A stretch of DNA of 64,000 nt from an uncultured Gammaproteobacteria bacterium. GTDB taxonomy: Bacteria > Patescibacteriota > Microgenomatia > Levybacterales > GWA1-39-11. The notes under the pieces were generated by a model that worked only from the letters and a program-made list of their open reading frames with translations, was not told the DNA's origin and made no database searches. Every line of letters starts with the position of its first letter. The first letter of the stretch is position 1. The stretch lies in the NCBI GenBank assembly GCA_964427615.1, contig CAYRUR010000004.1, positions 10,975 through 74,974 on the forward strand, in the 5' to 3' direction. Made by a program: the position numbers and the translations under genes. Below are positions 1 through 9,079 of this stretch, piece by piece.

Positions 1-381
1 TATGGAGTAGAGGAAAAGGTGAAATTTGTTGATTTTGCACCAGATGAAGATCTGCCATCATTATATGCAAATGCACAACTTTATGTATTACCCAGCCTTT
101 ATGAAGGGTTTGGCCTTCCGGTACTGGAAGCAATGAAATATGGATGTCCTGTGGCAACAAGCAATGTCTCAAGTCTCCCTGAAGCAGGGGGAGATGCAGC
201 AGTTTATTTTGATCCTGAAAGCTCAGATGATATTGCAAAGACTATAGAAAAAGTTTTAAAAGATAAAAAATTACGAGATACTATGATTAAAAAAGGGTAC
301 GAACAAGTAAAAAAGTTTTCCTGGGAAAAAGCAGCAAGTGAAACACTGTCTGTATTAAAAGAAGTAGGAAGTAAGAAGTAG
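1..381 (+). CDS. Glycosyltransferase family 1 (GT4), C-terminal fragment; N-terminus lies upstream of the window
   Basis: C-terminal GT-B motif EGFGLPVLEAMKYGCPVATSNVSSLPEAGGDAAVYF, typical of GT4 enzymes; the ORF is open to the window edge. Confidence 0.6.
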   Translation, partial: YGVEEKVKFVDFAPDEDLPSLYANAQLYVLPSLYEGFGLPVLEAMKYGCPVATSNVSSLPEAGGDAAVYFDPESSDDIAKTIEKVLKDKKLRDTMIKKGYEQVKKFSWEKAASETLSVLKEVGSKK

Positions 382-468
382 GAATTTAGAGATTAGCGTA
401 TAGCGTTTAGTATTAAGCATGAAATAGAAGTTAAAAGTTTTTAGATTTAAGATATAAGATTATTAGTT

Positions 469-1023
469 ATGATAGGAAAAATAAAAAGGAGATTACTGAC
501 AATTGGATTAGAATTCTGGCTGATGATGTTGCGTTTCGTTGGGTATATTCCTTCACATCACGCAAGACGCTTTTTTTATAGACTTTCGGGCATGCGGATC
601 GGAAAAGGGTCTTCTATTCATATGTTTGCATCATTTTATAATCCTTCGGGAATAGCTATCGGTAAAGACACGATTATTGGAGAAAAAGTTGTATTAGATG
701 GTAGAGAGAAACTGGTAATTGGAGATCATGTTGATATTGCCTCGGAAGTAATGATTTATAACGGAGAACACGATATCACAGACTCAAAATTTAAAGCTGT
801 ATTTGCACCGGTAATTATTGAAGATTATGTTTTTATTGGTCCTCGAGTTATTGTTTTACCAGGAGTAACTATAGGAAAAGGTGCAGTAGTTGGAGCTGGA
901 GCAGTGGTAACAAAAGATGTTGCACCTTTTACTGTAGTAGGTGGGGTCCCAGCAAAAGTAATTGGTGAGCGAAAATTGAAAGACCTCCAGTACAAACTGG
1001 GAAGAGCCGCTTGGTTTCGATGA
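469..1023 (+). CDS. Hexapeptide-repeat (left-handed beta-helix) acetyltransferase, WbbJ/sugar O-acetyltransferase-like
   Basis: Tandem hexapeptide repeats IGDHVDIASEVMIY / VFIGPRVIVLPGVTIGKGAVVGAGAVVTKDV / VVGGVPAKVIGER. Confidence 0.6.
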   Translation: MIGKIKRRLLTIGLEFWLMMLRFVGYIPSHHARRFFYRLSGMRIGKGSSIHMFASFYNPSGIAIGKDTIIGEKVVLDGREKLVIGDHVDIASEVMIYNGEHDITDSKFKAVFAPVIIEDYVFIGPRVIVLPGVTIGKGAVVGAGAVVTKDVAPFTVVGGVPAKVIGERKLKDLQYKLGRAAWFR

Positions 1024-1090
1024 GGATGAGTTAACGAGTTAAAAAGTTAAAGGGTTAAAGAGTTATTAAATTTTGAATTTATAATAAACA

Positions 1091-1539
1091 AAATCTCAAA
1101 TGGCAAATCTCAAATCGCAAAACTACAACGTAAATGTCAAATCTGCTGATGTAAAAGTGCGTGCCTATGCCTTTTCATTAAAGGTGATCAGTTTTATCAA
1201 TCAGTTGCCTAATAAAAGAGCATTTTGGGTGATGGCAGATCAACTGTTAAGAGCTGCTACTTCAATTGGAGCCAATACCATTGAAGCCCAAGCTGCAAGT
1301 TCTAGAAGAGACTTTGTTAAATTTTATGAAATAGCGTTAAAATCAGCAAATGAAACTAAGTATTGGCTTTCTCTGTTGAGGGATGCTTATCCTGAAACTA
1401 AAGAGGAATGTGAAGTCTTATTACAAGAAGTGACGGAGATTAGTAATATGTTGGGTGCAAGTTTGCTTACGCTCAAAGGCAAAAAGAAGATTTAAGATTT
1501 AATATGTAGATTTACCACTTGCGATTTGCGTTTTGAGAT
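1091..1539. repeat. Imperfect inverted repeats flanking the four-helix-bundle ORF (tandem AAATCTCAAATGGC/AAATCTCAAATCGC at 1091-1123, inverse copy GCGATTTGCGTTTTGAGAT at 1521-1539)
   Basis: Read directly from the sequence. The upstream arm overlaps the start codon. The reverse complement of the downstream arm is ATCTCAAAACGCAAATCGC, versus ATCTCAAATGGCAAATC upstream. Confidence 0.4.
1100..1495 (+). CDS. Four-helix-bundle protein of the 23S-rRNA intervening-sequence (IVS) family
   Basis: Family hallmark AYAFSLKVISFINQLP...ADQLLRAATSIGANTIEAQAASSRRDFVKFYEIALKSANETKYWLSLLRD; 131 aa. Confidence 0.6.
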   Translation: MANLKSQNYNVNVKSADVKVRAYAFSLKVISFINQLPNKRAFWVMADQLLRAATSIGANTIEAQAASSRRDFVKFYEIALKSANETKYWLSLLRDAYPETKEECEVLLQEVTEISNMLGASLLTLKGKKKI

Positions 1540-1575
1540 ATAAATATTACAAACTTTATTAACTAAATTTAACCT

Positions 1576-2433
1576 ATGAAATTATCAATTATCATTTTGA
1601 GTTTTAATACAAAGGAATTACTTGCCTCCTGTCTTGATTCAATTTACAAAAATGTAAAGGGAATAGAGTATGAAGTGATTGTAGTAGACAATGCTTCTTA
1701 TGACGGGACAGTTACGTATTTAAAACATAATTTTAAGAAGGTAAAACTCATAGAAAACAAAGAAAATGAAGGATTTGCCAAAGGAGTAAATAGGGGAGCA
1801 GAACACGCAAAAGGAGATATTATATTATTTTTGAATTCTGATGCAAAGGTTGAAAAAAATAGTGGTTTTGTTCATGCACTCGAATTATTGGAAAAAGATA
1901 AAAAAGCGGCAATTGTAGGAGGAAAACTACTCAATGTAGATGGTAGTATTCAACGCTCATTTAGTTCCTTTTACCATGTGCCTCAAGTACTCTCTATGCT
2001 TTTTTTTGGGGACAAGATGGAAACAAAATCGCATCATGTAAAGAGTGAAAAAGAGGTTGACTGGGTAAGTGGTGGGTTTCTCTTTATTAAAAAAGATGTA
2101 TTTGATAGAGTAAAGGGATTTGATGAAGCCTTTTTCATGTATATAGAGGATATGGAGTTATGCTTCAGAGTTAAAAAACTAGGATACAAAATCCTTTTTG
2201 ATCCTCAAGCTTCTGTTATCCATATTGGGCAGGGTAGTTCTAACAGGTCTTTTGCCATAAAACACATTTATAAAGGACTTCTTTATTTTTATAAAAAACA
2301 CAAAAGTAAGGCTGCGTATAAAAGTATAGGGTTCCTTTTACGCTCAAAAGCATATATACTAATAGCGACGGGATTTCTCACCCGTAATAAATACCTAAAG
2401 AAGACATACAAAGAAGCACTGCAGTCATTATGA
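1576..2433 (+). CDS. Glycosyltransferase family 2
   Basis: N-terminal GT-A fold with LSIIILSFNTKELLASCLDSI, VIVVDNASYDGT and DxD-like FLNSDA. Confidence 0.7.
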   Translation: MKLSIIILSFNTKELLASCLDSIYKNVKGIEYEVIVVDNASYDGTVTYLKHNFKKVKLIENKENEGFAKGVNRGAEHAKGDIILFLNSDAKVEKNSGFVHALELLEKDKKAAIVGGKLLNVDGSIQRSFSSFYHVPQVLSMLFFGDKMETKSHHVKSEKEVDWVSGGFLFIKKDVFDRVKGFDEAFFMYIEDMELCFRVKKLGYKILFDPQASVIHIGQGSSNRSFAIKHIYKGLLYFYKKHKSKAAYKSIGFLLRSKAYILIATGFLTRNKYLKKTYKEALQSL

Positions 2434-5400
2434 AAATTATAAGGTGGATATCAGATAATATTTTATTTTTATATACGCTATTTTTATTAGTATTTATTCC
2501 TCTCTATCCAAAGATTCCCTTAATTGATGTAGAGCACACCTGGGTATATATTCGTCTTGAAGACTTTCTGGTAGCAGTTGCTCTTTTCTTATTTGGTATC
2601 CAATGGTTGAGAAAAAAAGCATACATAAAAACGCCACTTACTATGCCAATTGCTGTATTTTGGATAGTAGGAGCTATTTCTACTATTTTTGCGATTTTTG
2701 TTATTTTTCCGACTCTTTCAGGTGTTTTTCCTAACTTGGCAATTTTAAATTATCTACGTAGAATTGAATATCTTTCTCTATTTTTTGTCGCATTCTCTTC
2801 CATACGGGATAAAAAGCAAATCCATTACTATATTGCCATTATTACTGCTACGCTTCTGGCTGTTGTAGTATATGGTTTTGGGCAAAAGTTTTTAGGATGG
2901 CCTGCATTTTTGACCATGAATGAAGAATTTGCCAAAGGTATTCCTTTGCGCCTATCAGCACTGGCACGTATTCCTTCAACCTTTGCAGGGCATTATGATT
3001 TAGCAGGGTATTTGGTTATGATTATCCCTCTTTTGGGAAGCATGATCTTTGCGTATAAGCGTTGGTATATCAAGATAAGCTTGTTATTATCTGCAGTCTT
3101 AGGATTACTACTTCTAATGATGACTGCATCTCGTGTTTCTTTTGCTGTTTATTTATGTGCAATTGCTTTTATGTTGCTTTTGCAAAAAAAGAAATGGTTT
3201 ATTTTGCCGGTTGTTATTGCCAGTATTATTCTGCTGCAGTCATTTCAAGGGATATCAGATCGTTTTAATGCTACTGTTTCCCAGGTGGATGTAGTAGTAG
3301 ATGCCCGTACTGGACAAGCTATTGGAATTGCCAAAACAGTAGAAGAAAATGGCAAAAAGAAAGTGGTTATAGAAGAGTCTCAATCAACCGGTGAGGAATT
3401 ACCTCAAGGTACAGGTTACATTAATGTTCCTGCTGAGGGTAAGAAAGAAGTAACAGAAATTACATTCAAGCGTTCAACTGTAGGAGGGACGACATCCGGT
3501 GAGTTAAATATTGAAGGCAATTTTATTATTAAAAAAGCATTTGCATATGACCTGTCATTTACTACTCGTTTTCAGGGTACATGGCCAAGAGCATATGAGG
3601 CTTTTCAGAGAAATGTATTTTTAGGAAGCGGTTATTCCTCTATTAACTTAGCCTCTGATAATAATTATCTGCGCATATTAGGAGAGACGGGCATTCTGGG
3701 TCTTGCTTCATTTTTGTTTATTTTCCTTGTAGGAGGAATTTATTTATATAGAATGTTACCCCAAGTTGATTCGCCAGTTGTTAAAAGTTTTGCCATAGGT
3801 GCAGCAGCTGCTGTGTTTGGTCTTGCTCTCAATGCTGTACTAATTGATGTATTTGAGGCTTCAAAGGATGCTTTTTATCTTTGGATGTTGATAGGAGTTG
3901 CTGTGGGAGCATTACATTTGTATGAAAAGAAAAAGATAAATATGAAAAAAGAGTTGAAGCAAGTGCTTACGTCAATACCGGCAATTATTGTATATCTTCT
4001 CTTGTTATCACTAGCTATTTACACTCCTATGCTCACCAATTATTTTGTTGCAGATGATTTTGTATGGTTACGTTCTATCGCTGATTGTAGCAAAGGGCTG
4101 AATATGCCCGGAGGAGTTTGTGACTCTATGGGAACAAGAATTTTCCATTTCTTTACCCAGTCAGGTGACTTTTTCTATCGACCGGGGACAAAACTATACT
4201 TTTTGGGAATGTATGCTATCTTTGGGCTGAATAATGTCTTTTATCATCTTTCTTCTGTTTTTATGCTTTTTGTAACTGCAGCTGCTCTGTTTGTTATTAC
4301 CACTAAGTTACTAAAAAGTAGATTATTTGGATTTATTACTGCACTTCTCTTTTTGGGAGTCAGCAGTCATTATGAAGCAGTATTTTGGGTTTCAGCAGTG
4401 GGACATTTAGCGGCTTCTATGTTTGCTTTGGTAGGATTGCTATTTTTTGTCTTATGGAAAGAGTATAAAAAATGGTACTTGCTTCCTGTTTCACTTGTGA
4501 GTGCGTTTATTGCTCCTCTTTTTCATGAATTTGGTGTTATTGCACCTCTATTAGTGCTTTCCTATGCGATATTTGTATATTCTGATAAAAAGCATATTTT
4601 TACCACCTGGTCTAACTACCTTTATCTTTCTCTTATTCCCCTATATCTGGGTTTGAAGTATATATCGGGAAGCTGGTGGTCACAAGGAGATTATGCATAC
4701 AATCTTCTTAAGTTTCCTTTAAATGCACTAGGAAATAGTATTGGGTATCTCATGCTTATTTTATTTGGTACTCAATCACTTAGCTCTTATCAGGCAATCC
4801 GTTCTTTTGGGAGGGACAATATGCTCCTTGTAGCAGTTGTAGGATTGGTTATTTTGCTAGTAGGAGCATTTGTAGGATACAGGTTATTCACAAGACTTTC
4901 TAAGGAAGGTAAAAGAGTTGTAAAAGCTTCTCTATTGCTATTTGTAGTTCCTCTTCTTCCCTTTTTAGGGCTGGGAACTATTACTTCTCGCTACACATTG
5001 CTTGCTTCAGCAGGAGTTATTCTTTTTCTTGTTTTTCTTTTGCAATTAATCTATAAAAAGATTGCTCGGGTCAATTACTACGCAGCGCTTGCAATTATTC
5101 TTATTGTTGCGGCCCTTACCCTTGCTTTTCATCTTTCTGAATTAAGACGTATTAATCAGGATTGGGCAAAAGCTGGTACTATAACAAAAGAAATGCTAGC
5201 TCGTATTAGTAATAAATACGCAGGCTCTCAAGAATCAAAGGTACTTCCTCCAAATCCGGTATTTTATTTTGTTCATGTACCCGCAACTGTGGGAGAAGCC
5301 TGGGTATTTCCAGTAGGACTCAAAGATGCGTTGTGGTTTACCTTCCGCAATGAAAACTTAACTGTTAAAACAGTAGGAAGTCTTGATGAAGCTCTGAAAG

Positions 5401-5498
5401 AAGCAGAAGCATCTAGAAGCGCACGTGTCTTTCAATTTGAAAAAGATGGAGTGCTTGAGGAATTAGTGAAGACAAGGAAAAAGATTGAGAGTCAATGA
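2430..5498 (+). CDS. Large polytopic membrane protein of 1022 aa: an O-antigen-ligase (Wzy_C)-like N-terminal half fused to a GT-C/ArnT-PMT-like C-terminal half
   Basis: About 20 predicted TM helices. The N-terminal half has the ligase-type MTASRVSFAVYLC motif and a periplasmic loop ending ASDNNYLRILGETGILG. The C-terminal half has a YFVADDFVWLRS acidic loop motif typical of GT-C enzymes. Confidence 0.45.
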   Translation: MKIIRWISDNILFLYTLFLLVFIPLYPKIPLIDVEHTWVYIRLEDFLVAVALFLFGIQWLRKKAYIKTPLTMPIAVFWIVGAISTIFAIFVIFPTLSGVFPNLAILNYLRRIEYLSLFFVAFSSIRDKKQIHYYIAIITATLLAVVVYGFGQKFLGWPAFLTMNEEFAKGIPLRLSALARIPSTFAGHYDLAGYLVMIIPLLGSMIFAYKRWYIKISLLLSAVLGLLLLMMTASRVSFAVYLCAIAFMLLLQKKKWFILPVVIASIILLQSFQGISDRFNATVSQVDVVVDARTGQAIGIAKTVEENGKKKVVIEESQSTGEELPQGTGYINVPAEGKKEVTEITFKRSTVGGTTSGELNIEGNFIIKKAFAYDLSFTTRFQGTWPRAYEAFQRNVFLGSGYSSINLASDNNYLRILGETGILGLASFLFIFLVGGIYLYRMLPQVDSPVVKSFAIGAAAAVFGLALNAVLIDVFEASKDAFYLWMLIGVAVGALHLYEKKKINMKKELKQVLTSIPAIIVYLLLLSLAIYTPMLTNYFVADDFVWLRSIADCSKGLNMPGGVCDSMGTRIFHFFTQSGDFFYRPGTKLYFLGMYAIFGLNNVFYHLSSVFMLFVTAAALFVITTKLLKSRLFGFITALLFLGVSSHYEAVFWVSAVGHLAASMFALVGLLFFVLWKEYKKWYLLPVSLVSAFIAPLFHEFGVIAPLLVLSYAIFVYSDKKHIFTTWSNYLYLSLIPLYLGLKYISGSWWSQGDYAYNLLKFPLNALGNSIGYLMLILFGTQSLSSYQAIRSFGRDNMLLVAVVGLVILLVGAFVGYRLFTRLSKEGKRVVKASLLLFVVPLLPFLGLGTITSRYTLLASAGVILFLVFLLQLIYKKIARVNYYAALAIILIVAALTLAFHLSELRRINQDWAKAGTITKEMLARISNKYAGSQESKVLPPNPVFYFVHVPATVGEAWVFPVGLKDALWFTFRNENLTVKTVGSLDEALKEAEASRSARVFQFEKDGVLEELVKTRKKIESQ
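3936..5498 (+). other. C-terminal GT-C-like module of the 1022-aa fusion protein; the domain boundary is approximate
   Basis: A second block of TM helices starts near residue 500 (KQVLTSIPAIIVYLLLLSLAIY). Confidence 0.3.
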
Positions 5499-6940
5499 AT
5501 AAAAATACTATTTTTACATTAATACTGGTTGCTATTATTGCACTGGGGTTTGTTTTGAGATTGTACCGTTTTGATAACCCAATAGCTGATTGGCATAGTT
5601 GGCGTCAGTCAGATACCTCAGCTGTATCAAAGCTTTTTATTAAAAACGGTTTTGATCCGTTACATCCTACCTATTATGATATTTCAAATATCCAATCAGG
5701 CAAAGATAATCCTGAGGGGTATCGTTTTGTTGAGTTTCCTCTTTATAACCTTTTTCAAGCAGGGTTTTATAGTATTATCGGTATTTTCTCGTTAGAGCAG
5801 TGGGGAAGACTTACTACGATTTTTGCATCTGTTGCCTCTATGCTTTTTCTTTTTCTTATTGGTAGAAGGTATGCGGGAGTCAGTGTGGGATTGATTGCTT
5901 CTTTTTTCTTTGCTTTTTTACCATACTCTATTTTTTATGGGAGGACTATTCTGCCTGATCAAATGATGGCTACAGCAATATTAGGTGGCATCTATTTTTT
6001 TGGGAAGTGGATAGACAATACTTCAAAAGTCGAAACTCAAAACTATTTGTTTTACTTTTTAGCATTACTTTTTACTGCTTCTGCTTTTTTGTTAAAACCC
6101 TACGCATTGTTTTTCACACTTCCTATGATTTATTTAGCATGGGATCGTTTTGGATTTGGGTTTTTAAAAAAGTGGCAGCTTTGGGTTTTTCTTTTCCTTT
6201 CAATTATTCCCCTTGTTGCCTGGCGAATTTGGATAATGCAATTTCCAGAAGGGATACCCGCATCAGATTGGTTGTTAAATGGTGGCGATATTAGATTTAA
6301 AGGTGCATTTTTCTACTGGCTTTTTGGAGAACGACTTTCCCGACTTATCTTAGGCTATTTTGGTCTTTCTTTTCTTTTATTAGGGCTTTTTAAAAAGAGT
6401 GGTGAAAAACAATACGGCTTTTTTCTCTCATTTTTAATCTCAAGTCTTTTATACATGACTGTTATTGCCCGAGGAAATGTGCAGCATGACTACTATCAGA
6501 TTTTGATTATTCCCACAGTGGCTCTTCTTATGGCACGGGGAGTATCTTTTCTTTTTTCTATAACTCAATCAACTAATAAAGTAGTTGCATTATTGGTCAC
6601 TGGAGTAAGTATTGTACTCATGCTAGCATTGTCCTGGTATCAAATAAGAGATTATTTTAACGTTAATAATATGGCAATGGTGGAAGCCGGTAAAAAAGCT
6701 GATGTGCTTTTGCCAAAAGATGCAAAAGTTATTGCCCCTTATGATGGAGATACGACTTTTCTTTATTACATCAATAGAAAAGGATGGCCCGCATTTCAAG
6801 ATAGTGCAGAAAAGCTGCATGAAATGGGAGCAACGCATATGATTTTACTTCAACCAAAACAGGAAGATGTAGCAGATCTTATGCAGAAATATGATGTTGT
6901 TGCCTCTTCATCGTCTTACCTTATGTTGCAGTTTAAATAA
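5495..6940 (+). CDS. Polytopic membrane glycosyltransferase, GT-C-like (ArnT/PMT/DUF2079-like)
   Basis: There are 11-13 TM helices. The first loop has the conserved-looking motif PIADWHSWRQSDTSAV. A C-terminal soluble domain is present. The stop/start junction ATGA overlaps the previous gene. Confidence 0.4.
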   Translation: MNKNTIFTLILVAIIALGFVLRLYRFDNPIADWHSWRQSDTSAVSKLFIKNGFDPLHPTYYDISNIQSGKDNPEGYRFVEFPLYNLFQAGFYSIIGIFSLEQWGRLTTIFASVASMLFLFLIGRRYAGVSVGLIASFFFAFLPYSIFYGRTILPDQMMATAILGGIYFFGKWIDNTSKVETQNYLFYFLALLFTASAFLLKPYALFFTLPMIYLAWDRFGFGFLKKWQLWVFLFLSIIPLVAWRIWIMQFPEGIPASDWLLNGGDIRFKGAFFYWLFGERLSRLILGYFGLSFLLLGLFKKSGEKQYGFFLSFLISSLLYMTVIARGNVQHDYYQILIIPTVALLMARGVSFLFSITQSTNKVVALLVTGVSIVLMLALSWYQIRDYFNVNNMAMVEAGKKADVLLPKDAKVIAPYDGDTTFLYYINRKGWPAFQDSAEKLHEMGATHMILLQPKQEDVADLMQKYDVVASSSSYLMLQFK

Positions 6941-6942
6941 GT

Positions 6943-8187
6943 ATGAAAGTATTATTTTTTACGTATGATTTTCCCTATCCTACTAATTCTGGTGGTAAAA
7001 ATAGAGCGTATCATTTACTCAAATATGCAAGAGAAAATGTTGAGGTAATTCTTTTCTCCTTTTACCGGCAGATACCAGAAAGAGAAAGTATTGAAGAAAT
7101 AGAAAAGTTAGGAATATCACATATACGTTTGTTTGCTCGCCCTTTTCCTGGTATTGGATCACTCATATCTTCTCCTGAGCGTATTGTGCAAAATGCTCCC
7201 TCTCTTTTAAAACTTTCAGATCCGAGAAAAGCAATAACAGAAAAATTGTACTTTAAACAAGACATTGCCCAAGAACTTCTCAAGACTGTGGAGGAAGAAA
7301 AAATTGATATGGTTCATTTTGAATCGTTTTATACGGCTTATTACATTTCTGATTTGTTAAAGAAAAAAAGAATTGTTCAATTATTTGGAACAGAGAACGT
7401 TGAGCATTTGTTATACCAAGATTATGCAGCCCGGAAGGCGAGTAAATTATTTTATCCATTTTATAGAATGGAGTCGATAAAAATAAAAAGAGATGAGCAA
7501 AAACTCTTGCAAAAAGCAGATATAACATTGGCAGTATCAGAGGAGGATGCATCAGTAATTAGTAAGATAACAGGCAAAGATACGTTTATCGTTGAGAATG
7601 GTGTAGATCTGGAATATTTTTCTTTTAAAAAGAAAAAGAAGAAAAAGGGAGAGAAAAAGAGACTATTGTTTATTGGTGATTTTTCTTACTTTCCTAATGT
7701 TGAGGCAATAACACACTTTTATAGGGATGTTTTTATCCAGATAGATGATGATACAGTTGAATTGAGAATAATAGGCAAGAAAGTATCAACTCTTCCATTT
7801 GAAAGTGATAAAAGAGTAATTGTTGATGAATATGTAGAAGATATCAGAGCAGAATATTACATGGCTGATCTCTTTGTATTCCCTATTACCATAGGAGGAG
7901 GTACAAATTTTAAATTGCTTGAGGCAATGGCGTGTGGTACTCCTGTCATTGCATATCCAGATCGGGTGCAAAGTGTTGGAATAGAGCCAGGAAAAGAAAT
8001 GATAGTAGTCCCTAATCCTGTTGAATTCAAAGAAAAGATAAAAGAAGTATTGAAAAATGAAACCATTGGCGGTACTATTGCTTTACAAGCAAGAGCATTT
8101 GTAGAAAAGCATTTTGATTGGAAAGTAATTGGAAAAAAATTACATGCCATATGGCAGGAAGCCTACACATATGAAAAACAATATTGA
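6943..8187 (+). CDS. Glycosyltransferase family 1 (GT4)
   Basis: C-terminal GT-B motif FVFPITIGGGTNFKLLEAMACGTPVIAYP; lysine-rich linker KKKKKKKGEKK. Confidence 0.65.
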   Translation: MKVLFFTYDFPYPTNSGGKNRAYHLLKYARENVEVILFSFYRQIPERESIEEIEKLGISHIRLFARPFPGIGSLISSPERIVQNAPSLLKLSDPRKAITEKLYFKQDIAQELLKTVEEEKIDMVHFESFYTAYYISDLLKKKRIVQLFGTENVEHLLYQDYAARKASKLFYPFYRMESIKIKRDEQKLLQKADITLAVSEEDASVISKITGKDTFIVENGVDLEYFSFKKKKKKKGEKKRLLFIGDFSYFPNVEAITHFYRDVFIQIDDDTVELRIIGKKVSTLPFESDKRVIVDEYVEDIRAEYYMADLFVFPITIGGGTNFKLLEAMACGTPVIAYPDRVQSVGIEPGKEMIVVPNPVEFKEKIKEVLKNETIGGTIALQARAFVEKHFDWKVIGKKLHAIWQEAYTYEKQY

Positions 8188-9079
8188 AGTTTCAATCGTT
8201 ATTGTCTCATATAATACCCGTCAGATTTTATCTGAATGTATTGAATCTATAGAGAAGAATATCGGAAATATATCCTATGAAGTTATCGTGGTAGATAATG
8301 CCTCAACAGATGATACAGTTGCTTATTTGAAAAAGAGTTCATTTAAAAATCTGAAAGTTATCGCCAATACTGAAAACGAAGGATTTTCAAAAGCGAATAA
8401 CAGAGGTGTAAGCCATGCAATAGGCAAATATATTCTTTTTCTTAACTCAGATACTGTGGTGTATGAAACAACGATTGAAGGGATGATTGCTTTTATGGAC
8501 GAGCATAAGAGTGTAGGTGCAGCAACGTGTTATCTGGTAATGCCAAATGGAAAATTAGATGATGCTTCTCACAGAGGATTTCCTACTCCTTGGAATTCAT
8601 TCGCTCATTTTTCAGGTATTGCTAAACTGTTTCCAAAGAGCCGATTATTTGGGGGATATAATTTAGGATATAAAAATCTCTCAAAACCACATGAGATAGA
8701 TGCTCTAGCTGGTGCTTTTATGTTGGTAAGAAGGGAAGCAGGAGAGGCTGTGGGATGGTGGGATGAGGATTATTTCTGGTATGGAGAGGATATTGATTTT
8801 TGTTATCGTTTGAAGCAGAAAAAATGGAAGATCTACTTTGTGCCTCAATACAAAATCCTGCATTATAAAGGAGTATCAGGAGGAATCAAAAAAGGATCAC
8901 AAAAGATAACAAAGGCAAGTAAAGAGACAAAGCGAAAAGCAACTCATGCACGCTTTGATGCTATGCGCATTTTTTACCAAAAGCACTATACCCACAAATA
9001 TCCGAAAGTGGTAACCTCACTTGTCCTATCAGGAATAGGACTAAAAGAATATGCTACTAAAAAAATGCAACGAATATGA
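8171..9079 (+). CDS. Glycosyltransferase family 2
   Basis: VSIVIVSYNTRQIL, VIVVDNASTDDT and FLNSDT motifs. An ATG at 8171 is the likely start; the tool ORF opens earlier, at 8129. Confidence 0.65.
   Translation: MKNNIEVSIVIVSYNTRQILSECIESIEKNIGNISYEVIVVDNASTDDTVAYLKKSSFKNLKVIANTENEGFSKANNRGVSHAIGKYILFLNSDTVVYETTIEGMIAFMDEHKSVGAATCYLVMPNGKLDDASHRGFPTPWNSFAHFSGIAKLFPKSRLFGGYNLGYKNLSKPHEIDALAGAFMLVRREAGEAVGWWDEDYFWYGEDIDFCYRLKQKKWKIYFVPQYKILHYKGVSGGIKKGSQKITKASKETKRKATHARFDAMRIFYQKHYTHKYPKVVTSLVLSGIGLKEYATKKMQRI

Noticed and set aside
7621-7660. A-rich tract AAAAAGAAAAAGAAGAAAAAGG inside the GT4 gene as a possible slipped-strand phase-variation site
   Set aside because: It is not a pure homopolymer. 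It encodes an in-frame lysine-rich linker (KKKKKKKGEKK) and is interrupted by G every 5-6 nt, so slippage is unlikely.
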